DNA from: Pseudomonadota bacterium
GTDB lineage: Bacteria; Pseudomonadota; Gammaproteobacteria; UBA9214
Assembly: GCA_041395565.1 (NCBI GenBank)
Contig: JAWLAI010000007.1
Span: forward strand, 270,967 to 334,966
DNA length: 64,000 nucleotides
Direction of reading: 5' to 3'
This document shows, piece by piece, positions 43,152-53,800 of the stretch. The notes beneath the pieces were generated by a model. That model did not search any database. It was not told the DNA's origin and worked only from the letters and a program-made list of their open reading frames with translations. The stretch's first letter is position 1. The number at the start of each line of letters is the position of its first letter. The translations under genes and the position numbers were made by a program.

Positions 43152-43655
43152 ATGACAGACCGCGACCACGAAGCCATCAGCAAGTCACAGCGCAAACGCG
43201 ACCTGGGCGAACTCAAGGAACTGGGCCTGAAACTCCTGGCCTTCAGCGAGGACAGCCTGCGCCGGCTGGACCTGCCGGAGCCGCTGCTGGAAGCGGTGCT
43301 GGAGGGCAAGCGCATCACCTCGCACGTGGCACGCAAGCGCCAGCTGCAGTACATCGGCAAACTGATGAAGGAATTCGACGCCGAACCGGTACGCGCGGCT
43401 GTCGCCGCGCGCGAACATCAGCACGACACGTCCACCCGTGAATTCCATGAACTCGAGGCACTGCGCGAACGCCTGCTCGCGGAAGGCGACGCGGCCATCC
43501 CCGCGGTACTCGGACTGTTTCCGCAATCCGATCGCCAGCACTTGCGCAAGCTGGTCCGCCAGGCCCGCCAGCAGCAGCTAACCGGCCAGCCGGCCGGTGC
43601 GGCGCGCGCCCTGTTCCGCTACCTAAGAGAACTGCAGGATGCAGCGGAGTCTTAA
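43152..43655 (+). CDS. yjgA: ribosome-associated protein YjgA/DarP (DUF615)
   Basis: 167 aa; SKSQRKRD N-terminus; conserved divergent partner of pmbA. Confidence 0.85.
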   Translation: MTDRDHEAISKSQRKRDLGELKELGLKLLAFSEDSLRRLDLPEPLLEAVLEGKRITSHVARKRQLQYIGKLMKEFDAEPVRAAVAAREHQHDTSTREFHELEALRERLLAEGDAAIPAVLGLFPQSDRQHLRKLVRQARQQQLTGQPAGAARALFRYLRELQDAAES

Positions 43656-43902
43656 GTACCCCGCGCGCAGCCGCAAAGCTTGAAAAACCGATTTACCGCA
43701 GAGCACACAGCGGAACTGCTTGCTAGCGTTTCTGGCACCGAACTCATGATTCCGCGCGAACCGCGTTGCTGACCGCATCACCACTCCCGGGATCCGCATC
43801 TTGGTAGATCTTCCCCGCCGCCGGTTGGCATATGCAATGCATGCGCAAGCTCTGCACACGCTGTGGCGTTGCTTTGCTAGACGTCCTGGCGGCTTGGCGA
43901 GA

Positions 43903-44880
43903 CTATCCTTCCAGCGCCGCCGCGAAATCCGCCACGATCTCCGCCACCGGCTGCACGGAATCGATGCCCGCAACGCTTTTGCCGGCCTGGTAGATATCCC
44001 GGTAGCCCATCCCGTGCAGAGCGGCGCGCTTCAGCTTCCAGATCGACTGCAGCGCATAGAGCGTGCGCATCCAGTGCTTGGTGCGCCGGCCGCGCAGCAT
44101 CCACCGCGCCAGGGGACCGGCATGCACGCCCATGCGTTCGACCCAGGGCGTGCGAATGATCGACACCGGTACACCGGTGATCCGTTCTGACAGCACGATA
44201 TCCTGCTCAGTGGCGGCGACGATGGCCTGCTTGTAGTCGGCATGCGCCGAACATTCGCTGCTGGCGATGAAGCGCGTACCGAGCTGCGCACCGGCATAGC
44301 CCAGACGCAGCGCCGCGGCGAATTCCGCCGGCGTACCGATCCCGCCGGCGCAGACCAGCGGCTTGCCCAGCGGGCCGATCTCGTCCAGGAGCCGGGCTGC
44401 CGAGAATGTACCGGCATGTCCGCCGGCACGGTTGTTCACGCAGATGAAGCCGTCGACCCCGCCGTCGAGCGCCTTCTCCGCCCAGCGTCGCGCCGTCACG
44501 TCGTGGTAGACTGTGACGCCCGCCGCTTGTGCACGCGCCACCACCCATGCAGGGTTGCCCAGCGCCGTCACCAGGAACGGCACGCCCTCCTCCAGCGCGA
44601 TATCCAGCCAGGCCTGCACGCGTTGCAGGTAGCGCTGCGAACTGCGCTCTATGATCAGGTTCACGCCGACGGGACGGTCGGTCAGGCGGCGGATGTAACG
44701 CAGGCCGTCACGGAAGTCGTAGCCGTGGACGTAGGTCAGGCTGAGCGGCTGGACGATACCGATCGCGCCCGCGGCGGACACCGCCGCGACCAGCTCCGGG
44801 TTGGAACACGGATACATCGCGCCACAGATCAATGGCACCTCGATGCCGAGCGCGGCGCTGAGCGCGGTCTGCCGGATCAC
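43903..44880 (-). CDS. nitronate monooxygenase / NMO-family FMN oxidoreductase
   Basis: GTG start at 44880 inferred (MIRQTALSAALGIEVPLICGAMY); TIM-barrel FMN motifs; the ORF-track N-terminal 43 aa are GC-rich extension. Confidence 0.8.
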   Translation of the reverse strand: MIRQTALSAALGIEVPLICGAMYPCSNPELVAAVSAAGAIGIVQPLSLTYVHGYDFRDGLRYIRRLTDRPVGVNLIIERSSQRYLQRVQAWLDIALEEGVPFLVTALGNPAWVVARAQAAGVTVYHDVTARRWAEKALDGGVDGFICVNNRAGGHAGTFSAARLLDEIGPLGKPLVCAGGIGTPAEFAAALRLGYAGAQLGTRFIASSECSAHADYKQAIVAATEQDIVLSERITGVPVSIIRTPWVERMGVHAGPLARWMLRGRRTKHWMRTLYALQSIWKLKRAALHGMGYRDIYQAGKSVAGIDSVQPVAEIVADFAAALEG

Positions 44881-45356
44881 GCCGCGCGCTCCGGACCGAG
44901 CTGCCAGCTCGCACTGACGCGCGCCACGACCTCCGCCGCGGCATTGCGGATCTCGCCGTCCACCTGCCAGGCCTGCGCGGCGACAGCGGCCGGCACCGCG
45001 CAACGGCATTCGGCGTGCAGACAGCCCCGGGCCTTCTTCAGGTAGTCGATGCGATAGCCGGTGAGAATACCGCGCATGCCTTGCGGCAGCCCGCTCAGCA
45101 GTGCCAGCCCGGTGGCCAGTTCCCCCAGGTTGGCCAGCGCCATGGCGTGGACGGAATGCAGGTGGTTGCGCACGCGGCGCCGGTCGCGCAGGGTCACGAT
45201 GCAGTGTCCCGGCTCCAGCAGCTGCACACGCGCACCGAGTGTGCCTGTGTACGGGACGCTGCGTGCCAGGCCCAGGCTGAACAGCCAGCGACCGCCGCGA
45301 CTGCCGCCCAGCAGCTGCCAGCGCCGCCGCAGGCGGGGGCCGATGGAACTCGACAT
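44877..45356 (-). CDS. DUF4442 hot-dog-fold (thioesterase-like) protein
   Basis: TLRDRRRVRNHLHSVHAMALANLGELATG..GYRIDYLKKARG is the characteristic DUF4442/YiiD C-terminal pattern; start at ATG 45356 assumed. Confidence 0.65.
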   Translation of the reverse strand: MSSSIGPRLRRRWQLLGGSRGGRWLFSLGLARSVPYTGTLGARVQLLEPGHCIVTLRDRRRVRNHLHSVHAMALANLGELATGLALLSGLPQGMRGILTGYRIDYLKKARGCLHAECRCAVPAAVAAQAWQVDGEIRNAAAEVVARVSASWQLGPERAA

Positions 45357-45405
45357 TAGCTCACTCCTGCCGCAGCGCGGCATCATCCTGTTTAGCGTCG
45401 CGGTG

Positions 45406-45774
45406 TCACCGTTTCCAGCGCCGACGCAGCAGCGTGCCATAGACACCGCCGTTGACGACGAGCACGATACCGGCCAGTACGTGCTGCACGCCCGGCAGCA
45501 GCCCCGCGGGATAGATCAGGGGCAGCAGATAGTGCGGGATGAAGCCGCCGCTGTAGCCGGTCTCCCCCGCAGCCGCGCGCAGCTGCTGCTCCCATGGCGT
45601 CAGCGGACAGTACCAGCCGTTCAGTTCCAGCAGCACCGCCCATAGCACGGCCGGCAGATGCAGCAGTGCGCACCGTGGCCAGCGCCACGCCAGCAGCCCG
45701 CCGCACAGCACGAACACGATAAACGCGAAATGGAATACGACCAGGGCGTCAGCGGCGAAGCGGTACAGCTGCAC
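45406..45774 (-). CDS. DUF2784 membrane protein
   Basis: 122 aa; 3-4 TM; WYCPLTPWE motif. Confidence 0.6.
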   Translation of the reverse strand: MQLYRFAADALVVFHFAFIVFVLCGGLLAWRWPRCALLHLPAVLWAVLLELNGWYCPLTPWEQQLRAAAGETGYSGGFIPHYLLPLIYPAGLLPGVQHVLAGIVLVVNGGVYGTLLRRRWKR

Positions 45775-45833
45775 GCGTCGCGCCGCCGGCGCTCAACCGC
45801 CGGGTTGCAGATTCGACCGGCGGCGGTGCCGCA

Positions 45834-46238
45834 TCAGTCCGGCCGCAGCGCGTAGCGGCCGCTGCCCAGAAACGCGATGGCCAGTCCCCCGAACAGGTAG
45901 AACATCTGCAGCTCCAGGCGGTAGCCGCCATGTTCGCCGAGACTGAACAGGTCGCCCGTGTGCATCAGCACGATGGCAAACAGCATGTTGATGACGATGA
46001 TCAGTCCGCTGATCCGCGTAAACAGACCCGCGATCAGCAGCAGCGGCGCAACGATCTCGCCCGCATAAACGCCGTAGGCGACGGCATCGGGCAAACCCAT
46101 TGCGGTGAGACGACCCGTGATGAATTCGAGCGACCCTTGCGAGGTTACCTTGGACAGACCGTGGAACAGCAGCAGGATGCCCACCGTCAGCCGCACGATC
46201 AGCTTGCCTACCGCATCACTCTTATTGAGATCGAACAT
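45834..46238 (-). CDS. DoxX-family membrane protein
   Basis: 4-TM DoxX pattern; start at ATG 46238 (MFDLNKSD) preferred over 46271. Confidence 0.7.
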   Translation of the reverse strand: MFDLNKSDAVGKLIVRLTVGILLLFHGLSKVTSQGSLEFITGRLTAMGLPDAVAYGVYAGEIVAPLLLIAGLFTRISGLIIVINMLFAIVLMHTGDLFSLGEHGGYRLELQMFYLFGGLAIAFLGSGRYALRPD

Positions 46239-46319
46239 GGTGCCCCCCTGGACCGTTGTTTCGATGACCACAGCTACAGCTCACGCTGTGCTAACTATAT
46301 CAGCACCCGGCGGCCGGGA

Positions 46320-47102
46320 TCACTGTCCCGCAGCGGGCTCCTCCCCGCCGAGATACACCAGGGCCCAGCACAGGGTCGCGGTCCAGCAGATGGCCAGCGA
46401 GATCAGGTCATGGCTGAGAAAATGGGCACCGCGCAGTTCCTGGGTCAGCGCGAACACGCCACCCAGCAACAGCGGGAAGAGCAGCGCGGGCCTGCGCCAG
46501 CGACTGCCCGCGGCCAGCAGCAGGAAATAGGGACCGAACCAGGCAAAGCCCCCGCTGGCATGCCCGCCCGGGAAGGCGTGGCCGGGCAGGCTGCCCGCCG
46601 GCGCGCCGTCGAAGAGACGGACATAGGGCATGTCACCGCCGAAGCGGGCCAGGCTCCAGGGGGTGTAAATATGCGTCGTGCTCTTCAGCAGGCTGACGAT
46701 GGCCGGTCCGGTCGCCGCGGTGAGCAGCGTGAAAATCAGGGCCCGGCGGTAGGGGGCGAGTGCGCGCAAGCGGTAGCTGGCCAGCAGCAACAGCAGTGTC
46801 GTCAGCCCGAGCAGCACGACAAAGTGACGTCCGCCGGTATGCAGCACGGTGCTCGTGAGCACGAGTGAGCGGTAGGGCCAGCTGCCCGTGGCCGGCTCGT
46901 AGACCAGGCCGGCCAGATACAGGTCCAGGCCGGAGTATTCGCAGCCAATCGCCAGCAGGGTGACGACGACGCCCGCGAGCAGCGCCCCGCGCGCCTGCCG
47001 TGGCGCGAGCCGCGCGCGGCCGGACCAGGGCGACAGCGCCGCGCCCGATCCGGTAGCAGGAGCACTGCCGCCCTGCCCTGCCTGTCCGTCGCGCCTGCCC
47101 AT
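46320..47102 (-). CDS. PAP2-superfamily phosphatase (membrane)
   Basis: PAP2 motifs PGGHASG (PSGH-like) and LRGAHFLSHD (SRx5Hx3D-like); multiple TM; the N-terminal 40 aa may be over-extended. Confidence 0.7.
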   Translation of the reverse strand: MGRRDGQAGQGGSAPATGSGAALSPWSGRARLAPRQARGALLAGVVVTLLAIGCEYSGLDLYLAGLVYEPATGSWPYRSLVLTSTVLHTGGRHFVVLLGLTTLLLLLASYRLRALAPYRRALIFTLLTAATGPAIVSLLKSTTHIYTPWSLARFGGDMPYVRLFDGAPAGSLPGHAFPGGHASGGFAWFGPYFLLLAAGSRWRRPALLFPLLLGGVFALTQELRGAHFLSHDLISLAICWTATLCWALVYLGGEEPAAGQ

Positions 47103-47307
47103 GCCGTCTGGATAACCCGCCCGGCTTAAGCCTGGCTTAGGCCGGGCCGCGCCCCGCCTGCGAAGCGCTTCACAGATCCGCGCACAGGCCGGGTTGTAAG
47201 CTGCGTCGTCCTAAAGCTCGGGGTCATAGGTGTCGTTATATAAGCAAGTTCTAATTTATTAACTTATTTACATACTGATTGTCAGGTATCAACCAAGGAG
47301 GTTCACC

Positions 47308-47415
47308 ATGTACTGGGACGCACTGACGGCAACCGGTGTCTACATCTCGCTGCTGCTGGCGGCGAGCATGATCTATCTCGTCATCCGCGATGAGCCGGGC
47401 GCGCCGCGCGACTGA
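47308..47415 (+). CDS. putative 35-aa single-TM peptide (MYWDALTATGVYISLLLAASMIYLVIRDEPGAPRD)
   Basis: Perfect AAGGAGG SD 6 nt before the ATG; AT-rich promoter-like region upstream; below the size cut-off of the ORF track; no recognisable family. Confidence 0.4.
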   Translation: MYWDALTATGVYISLLLAASMIYLVIRDEPGAPRD

Positions 47416-47455
47416 GGCCGGACTGCACCGCCCCGCGCCAGCGGGGCGGTCAGGC

Positions 47456-47794
47456 CTACCCGGCGCTGCGGCCACGGCCGGCCTCTAACTGCGCGAGATC
47501 GTGCTGCACCCGCTCGACCGTGTCCACGATATCCAGGAAGCGCCGGCCGAATTCGGTAAAGCGGTACTCGACGCGCGGCGGCGATTCGGGATAAACGAGC
47601 TTCTCCACGATGCCGTAACGCAGTAGCTTGTTGAGCCGCTCGTTCAGCACCTTCGTCGTCAGCCCATCGATTTCGCGCTGCATGGCGCCCGGGCGGTTCA
47701 CGCCGTTGCGCAACAGTCGGATCACCGACAGCGACCACTTGCAGCCGATGATCGACTCGACCATGTGTGCGACGTTGTGTTCTGTTGCTGTCAT
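47456..47794 (-). CDS. HxlR-family winged-helix transcriptional regulator
   Basis: 112 aa; CKWSLSVIRLL..RPGAMQREIDGLTTKVLNERLNKL HxlR signature. Confidence 0.8.
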   Translation of the reverse strand: MTATEHNVAHMVESIIGCKWSLSVIRLLRNGVNRPGAMQREIDGLTTKVLNERLNKLLRYGIVEKLVYPESPPRVEYRFTEFGRRFLDIVDTVERVQHDLAQLEAGRGRSAG

Positions 47795-47944
47795 GAAAAA
47801 AGTTTGTCCCGCCGATCAGCATCATGTACCGGAAAGTACCTGACATACCGGCTGGTGCGTACTGTTCTTCACATCCGGCTTCCACTCTAATCGAGCCCTG
47901 CCTGCCATGCAATGCAGGCAATACAACCCGAATCGGAGGCCGAC

Positions 47945-48418
47945 ATGTCACAACCAACCACGCGATCACTACTCCTTGCCGCAATGTTCGCAGCGGCCCA
48001 GACGGCGGCAGCCGTCGACTATCCCGCCGACTATCGCGGCTGGACCCACGTCAAGACGCTTACCCTGCACGCGGACCATCCCCTCGCCGACCCGTTCGCC
48101 GGCATCCACCACGTCTATGCCAATCCGGCGGCGGTGACCGGATTGCATGGCGGACACTACCCGGATGGCGCGGTGCTCGTCTTCGATCTGCACGAAGCGG
48201 TGGCAGGCGACCGCGCCACGGCGGAAGGCAAGCGCATCCTGCTCGGCGTGATGCAAAAGGATCGCGCACGCTACAGCACAACGGGTGGCTGGGGATTCGA
48301 CGCCTGGGCCGGCGACAGTCACACGGAACGGCTGGTGCAGGACGGCGGCAAGGCCTGCTTTGGCTGCCACACCGAGCAACAGGAACACGACTACGTCTTC
48401 AGCCGCTGGCGCGAGTGA
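47945..48418 (+). CDS. cytochrome P460-family periplasmic haem protein
   Basis: Signal peptide; C-terminal CFGCH haem motif; GGAGG RBS; divergent from hxlR. Confidence 0.8.
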   Translation: MSQPTTRSLLLAAMFAAAQTAAAVDYPADYRGWTHVKTLTLHADHPLADPFAGIHHVYANPAAVTGLHGGHYPDGAVLVFDLHEAVAGDRATAEGKRILLGVMQKDRARYSTTGGWGFDAWAGDSHTERLVQDGGKACFGCHTEQQEHDYVFSRWRE

Positions 48419-48464
48419 TCCGCCACGGGCATGAGCGAGGCTTGCAGCGCGCGGCCGCCCGCCC

Positions 48465-49913
48465 TCAGCCGGCGCTGGTACCGCCGACGGTGAGTTCGTC
48501 GATCAGCATGGTCGGCTGGCCGACCCCGACCGGCACGCTCTGGCCTTCCTTGCCGCAGGTACCGACACCGCTATCGAGCTGCAGATCGTTGCCGAGCAGG
48601 GAGACATGCTTGAGCACCTCGGGACCGTTGCCGATGAGGGTCGCGCCCTTGACCGGCCGCGTCACCCGGCCCTGTTCGATCAGGTAGGCCTCGCTGGCGC
48701 TGAACACGAACTTGCCGGAGGTGATGTCGACCTGGCCACCGCCGAAGTTGACGGCATACAGTCCCTTCTGCACCGAACGGATGATGTCCTGCGGATCGCT
48801 GTCGCCGGCGAGCATGTAGGTGTTGGTCATGCGCGGCATCGGCAGGTGGGCATAGGATTCGCGCCGGCCGTTGCCGGTCGGCGCCACCCCCATCAGGCCG
48901 GCATTCATGCGGTCCTGCATATAGCCCTTGAGGATGCCCCGCTCGATCAGGACCGTGCGCTGCGTCGGCGTGCCCTCGTCGTCCACATTGAGCGAGCCGC
49001 GCCGGCCCGGCAGCGAGCCGTCGTCAACCACGGTGCACAGCGGTGATGCCACCTGCTGACCGACCCGGCCGGCGAATGCCGAGGTCCCCTTGCGGTTGAA
49101 ATCGCCTTCCAGGCCGTGTCCGATCGCCTCGTGCAGCAGGATGCCCGGCCAGCCCGAACCCAACACCACCGGCATGGTGCCGGCGGGTGCGTCGACCGCC
49201 TCGAGATTGACCAGCGCCTGGCGTACGGCCTCGCGCGCGTAGCCCGTGGCACGCCCGTGCTCGAGGAAGAAACTGTAGTCGGTGCGTCCGCCCCCGCCGG
49301 CGGTGCCCTGCTCGCGGCGTCCGCCCTGCTCGACGATGGCGGTGACATTGCAACGCACCAGCGGACGCACGTCGGCGGCCAGCGTGCCGTCACTCACCGC
49401 GACCAGCATCACCTCGTGTACGCCGGCCAGACTGACCACGACCTCCTTCACCCGCGGATCCTGACGCCGCGCCTCGGTATCGAGCTCGCGCAACAGCGCA
49501 ACCTTGGCATCCGCCGACAGCCGGTCGAGCGGGTCGATGGCAGCGTACAGCTGCTGCTCGCCACGGGCATGCCAGGCCTGCAGCCGGCCGGCCTGGCCGC
49601 GGCCGGCGATGGCACGCGCCGCACCGGACGCCTGCAGCAGTGCCGGCATGACGATCTCGTCGGAATAGGCGAAGCCGGTCTTGTCGCCGCTGATGGCGCG
49701 CACGCCTGCGCCCTGCTCGATGTTGTGGCTGCCTTCCTTGACGATGCCGTCCTCCAGCACCCACGATTCGTAGCGCGTGGACTGGAAGTACACGTCACCG
49801 CCGTCGACCGCGCGCCCCAACAGCCGGCCGAACACCGACTCGAGGTCGTGCTCGTCGATGTTGGCGGGCGTCAACAGCCGCGCCCGGGCTATGTCGAGAC
49901 TGGTCTCAGGCAC
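48465..49913 (-). CDS. tldD: metalloprotease TldD
   Basis: 482 aa, collinear with E. coli TldD ([44 protein letters not shown]). Confidence 0.9.
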   Translation of the reverse strand: MPETSLDIARARLLTPANIDEHDLESVFGRLLGRAVDGGDVYFQSTRYESWVLEDGIVKEGSHNIEQGAGVRAISGDKTGFAYSDEIVMPALLQASGAARAIAGRGQAGRLQAWHARGEQQLYAAIDPLDRLSADAKVALLRELDTEARRQDPRVKEVVVSLAGVHEVMLVAVSDGTLAADVRPLVRCNVTAIVEQGGRREQGTAGGGGRTDYSFFLEHGRATGYAREAVRQALVNLEAVDAPAGTMPVVLGSGWPGILLHEAIGHGLEGDFNRKGTSAFAGRVGQQVASPLCTVVDDGSLPGRRGSLNVDDEGTPTQRTVLIERGILKGYMQDRMNAGLMGVAPTGNGRRESYAHLPMPRMTNTYMLAGDSDPQDIIRSVQKGLYAVNFGGGQVDITSGKFVFSASEAYLIEQGRVTRPVKGATLIGNGPEVLKHVSLLGNDLQLDSGVGTCGKEGQSVPVGVGQPTMLIDELTVGGTSAG

Positions 49914-50733
49914 GATTCAGGCATTGCAGGCGGCGATGCGCGATGCTGGGAAAATTGCGCCGCGCACTCTGCAGGCGCGCCAGATCGACATCGGCGCACA
50001 CCACACCGGGTCCGCGCGCGAGCGAGTTGAGCACCGTTCCCCACGGATCCACGATCATGCTGTGCCCGTAGGTCTCGCGGCCGTTCAGGTGATAGCCGCC
50101 CTGGTCCGGCGCGATGACGTAACACAGGTTTTCGATGGCACGGGCACGCACCAGCACCTCCCAGTGCGCGCGTCCGGTAATGGCGGTGAAGGCCGACGGC
50201 AGCACGACGATTTCCAGCCCGGCATCGAGCTGTTGGCGGAACAGTTCCGGAAAGCGCAGATCGTAGCAGACCGCGATACCCATGCGCCCGAACGGGCTTT
50301 CGATCACCACCACCTCGTTGCCGGGCTCGATGGTATCCGACTCGGTGTACTGCTCCCCGGAATCGACCAGCGCCACGTCGAACAGGTGGATCTTGTCGTA
50401 GCGTGCGACCTGCCGGCCCGTGTTGTCGTACACCAGACAGGCCGCGCGCACCTTGTTGTCGGCCTCGGCCACCAGCGGGATGGTGCCGCCGACCAGCCAG
50501 ATCCCGTGCAGGGCCGCCTGCTCCGCCAGGAAGGTCTGGATGGCGCCGCTGCCCGGCTGCTCGCGCACCGCAACCTTGTCGTGCTCCGACTTGCCCATCA
50601 GGGCGAAATTCTCGGGCAACACCACCAGCTGCGCCTGCTGGCTCACCGCCTCCGCGATCAGGCGCTCGGCCTCGAGCAGATTGGCGCCGATGTTCGGGCT
50701 CGAGGCCATTTGTACGCAGGCAACCACACTCAT
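49906..50733 (-). CDS. carbon-nitrogen hydrolase (nitrilase superfamily, YhcX/Nit-like)
   Basis: Catalytic E (LVVLPENF), K, C ([13 protein letters not shown]) triad. Confidence 0.85.
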   Translation of the reverse strand: MSVVACVQMASSPNIGANLLEAERLIAEAVSQQAQLVVLPENFALMGKSEHDKVAVREQPGSGAIQTFLAEQAALHGIWLVGGTIPLVAEADNKVRAACLVYDNTGRQVARYDKIHLFDVALVDSGEQYTESDTIEPGNEVVVIESPFGRMGIAVCYDLRFPELFRQQLDAGLEIVVLPSAFTAITGRAHWEVLVRARAIENLCYVIAPDQGGYHLNGRETYGHSMIVDPWGTVLNSLARGPGVVCADVDLARLQSARRNFPSIAHRRLQCLNRA

Positions 50734-50816
50734 CGCTTCACGCCATCCTCTTGTTTGCAGCGGGCTAGGGAGAATACCACAGAAAACCGGATGCGCAGTG
50801 CGCGCTGCCGGAGGGG

Positions 50817-53800
50817 CTAGCGGAAGAAGCCATCGGCGTCCAGCGCCGGGTCATGCCGCACGGGTGCCGGTTCCGGCACATTCAGCGGCTGCACGACCGG
50901 GTTCGACCACGGCCCGGTGACCTCGTACTGTTTGCGGGCGAGCTCGTTGAGCCGGAGCTTGCTCTCCAGGAGCTTCTCCGCGACGATGACCGCCGCGCCG
51001 ACCGCGGGCCCTCCGGCGATCGCACCGGCCAGCGGCAGGCTGGAGCTGAGGTACGGGGTTACGGTGACCAGCTCGTCGTAATCCTGCGCCACCAGACCGA
51101 CCCGCCCGGAGATCTCGATCTTCGCCGCTGGCCCGTCAATCACCATCTTTTCGGTATAGGCATCGCCGTTGTCGAGCACGAAATCACCCTCGATGCGGTC
51201 GAAGCTGAAGCCCGCACCGAACAGATCGTTGAAATCGAGCGTCAGTCGCTTGGGCAGCTTGGTCAGGCTCAGCAGGCCCAGCGCCCGCCCGGTCGCACCG
51301 GGTTCGACATCGAGCAGCTGGCCATCCTTGATCAGGGCGTGGAAGCGGCCGTCGATGATTTCCGTCCTGGCCTCCCAGGGCGCACCGCGCCAGCTCGCCT
51401 TGAGCTGCCCCGAAGGCCGCCCGGCCTTCATGAGCTTCTGGTAACCCAGGGCGTCGAGCAGCGCGCCGATATTCCCGCCCGTCACCTCGACGTCGGCATG
51501 ACTGACCTGATCGACGCCCTGCCGGCGCCAGTCGCCGGAAAGTTGCACGGACAACAGTTTGGATGCCAGCGAGAGTCGCTCGATCCGGTAGCCGCCGCCG
51601 GCCGGGCGGCTGGTCTGCAGCTGCAGCCGGCCGAAATCAATGTCCTGGTAACGCAGCTTCGCGGCATTGATCTGCAACAGCGGAAAGCTGTCCGGCTGGG
51701 CGGGCTGCGCCGGCGCGGTGGTTTCTGCCGCCAGCGGTTCGAGCACGAGCTGCTGCAGGTCCAGACTGACCTCGTCGATCACGCCGGCACGCTGCACCAG
51801 CTGCCCCTCGCCTGCCACCGAGGGACCGATCGCCTTGAGCGTCCAGCCGGTGCCGGATTCGACCAGCTCGACACCGGTGTCGTGCAGGCGGTAACCGTAG
51901 ATATCCAGCGCGGCAACCTGCAGCGATATCCGCAGCGGCGGCCCGGCGGTGCCCGTTGCGGCGCCCGCCAGATGCGGCTGCCAGTCCGCCAGCCGGAAGT
52001 GCTCGAGCCTGCCGCTGAGCAGCAGCTGCGGTATCTGCGGCGCGACCGGTGCGGCGTCGCCGATGACGATGTTGCCACGCCGCAGCGCCCAGCCGCGGCC
52101 GTCGCCGCCGAGCACCAGTACCGCACGCAGGGCATCGCCATAGCGTGCCTGCAGGTAGCGTTCGCTGCGCGTGAGCGCGGCGATATCGATCGTCAGCGGG
52201 CGCGCCATTGCCGCGGGTTTGCCGAACGGTGCCGGTAGGTCGATCGCCATACCCGCCAGCGTGCTGCTGATGCCGAGCCCGATCTCGACGGATTTGTCGC
52301 GCGCCGGCTTGCCCGCGACCGTCAGTTCCAGGTGCCAGTCGGGATCGCCGTGCAGGGCGTTCCGCAGCGGTGCGGACGCGGCCAGTACCTGCTCGTGCAG
52401 GGCCAGTTTGCCGTCCAGGGTGACATGCGTCACCGGCTTGCCCGTATCCGTCCAGACCCGGGCGGCCGCCTGCCGCCCGAACAGCTCGGCCTGCAGGCCG
52501 TCACTCCTGATCCCGGCGGCGTCGAACGCAAGCCGGCCACGAATGCGCTTGAGCACGATGTCGGTACCGGCGACCTGCAGGGTGTTGTCGTGCAGTCCGA
52601 TCCGGCCGGCGACGGTGATCTCGCTGCCGTCATGCGCCAGCGGGATGACGATATCCAGCGCCAGATCGTTGTGTCCGGTCGTGGTCACATGATCGACCAG
52701 ACCGCCGTAGGTCGATCCGAGCGGGCTGCTGCCCAGTTCCGCCAGCATGACCGGCAGCTCGCCCTGCACCTTGCCTGCGATGGTCAGATGCGGTCGGGCG
52801 AGGTCGCGGATCTGCGCGTGCACCTGGTCCAGCGCGGCCGTGCGAATGAAACCCCGGCTGGAGCGGATGTCCATCTGCCGGCCACTGAACTCGACCAGTG
52901 CGTCCAGCTGCGTGATCGGTGACCAGTGTTCATCGAACGCCAGCGTCGCATCGCTCACCGGCAGGCGCACTTCCAGGCGCCCCTCGCCGTGGTCGAAAGG
53001 CAAGCGGTCGAGGGGCCCCTGGATGAGCACGCTGCCGTCATGGACCATGCCGCCCGCGAGCGCGCGGTCCAGCCAGGCCACACTGGTCGCCGGCATCACC
53101 TGGGCCGGCAGATAAGCGCCGGTATGCGCCACAGCGAACTCGTGCACCTGAATACGGGTATCGCTTGTCGCCGCGCCGCCGGCGCGGGGAATCTCGAGCT
53201 GCAGGTTGGCCGTCAGTGCGAGCTGCGGGTTGACGAGTGTCAGCGCCGGACTGCTCAACGCCAGCGTCGTCTCCCGCAGCTGCCAGGACAATGCACCGCC
53301 GGCCTTGTCGAACTGCAACGGCGCACGGAACAGGCGCCCATCCTCTACGACCAGCCGGTCGCTGCCGAGCAACACGGTACCACCCTGCGCAACGCCGTCG
53401 ATGCTGCCATCCAGGCCGGCCAGGCGCGGCAAGGCACCGTACTGCAGCATCCCCAGCCCGGTGAAACGGGCGGCAATCCGGTCCAGCACCGCGCCGGTCG
53501 CAGTGCGCGTGAACGTGCACCGTAAATCCTCGATCAGCCCGGTCGGCTGCACGCTGACCAGCAGGTCGCGCAAGCGGGTATCCAACGCCGGCAGCAGCGG
53601 CACCAGGCCGGTGATCTCGTCGAGGTCGAGGCGTGCCGTCGCCAGCTGCAGCTGCAGGCCGTCCGCCTGCGGGGTCGCGGCCACCAGCAGATGACCGGTG
53701 TTCCATTGCCGCCCGGGACGCGTGACCTGCAGCTGCTGCAGCACAGCGCGCCAGCCCTGGTCGAACTGCCGCCAACCAAACGTGGCCTGCAGCTTGTCCG

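Noticed and set aside
43826-43841. Second sigma-54-like motif TGGCATATGCAATGCA between yjgA and the NMO gene
   Set aside because: It points into the 3' end of a convergent gene with no downstream target on that strand; likely a chance match or a palindromic binding site of another kind.
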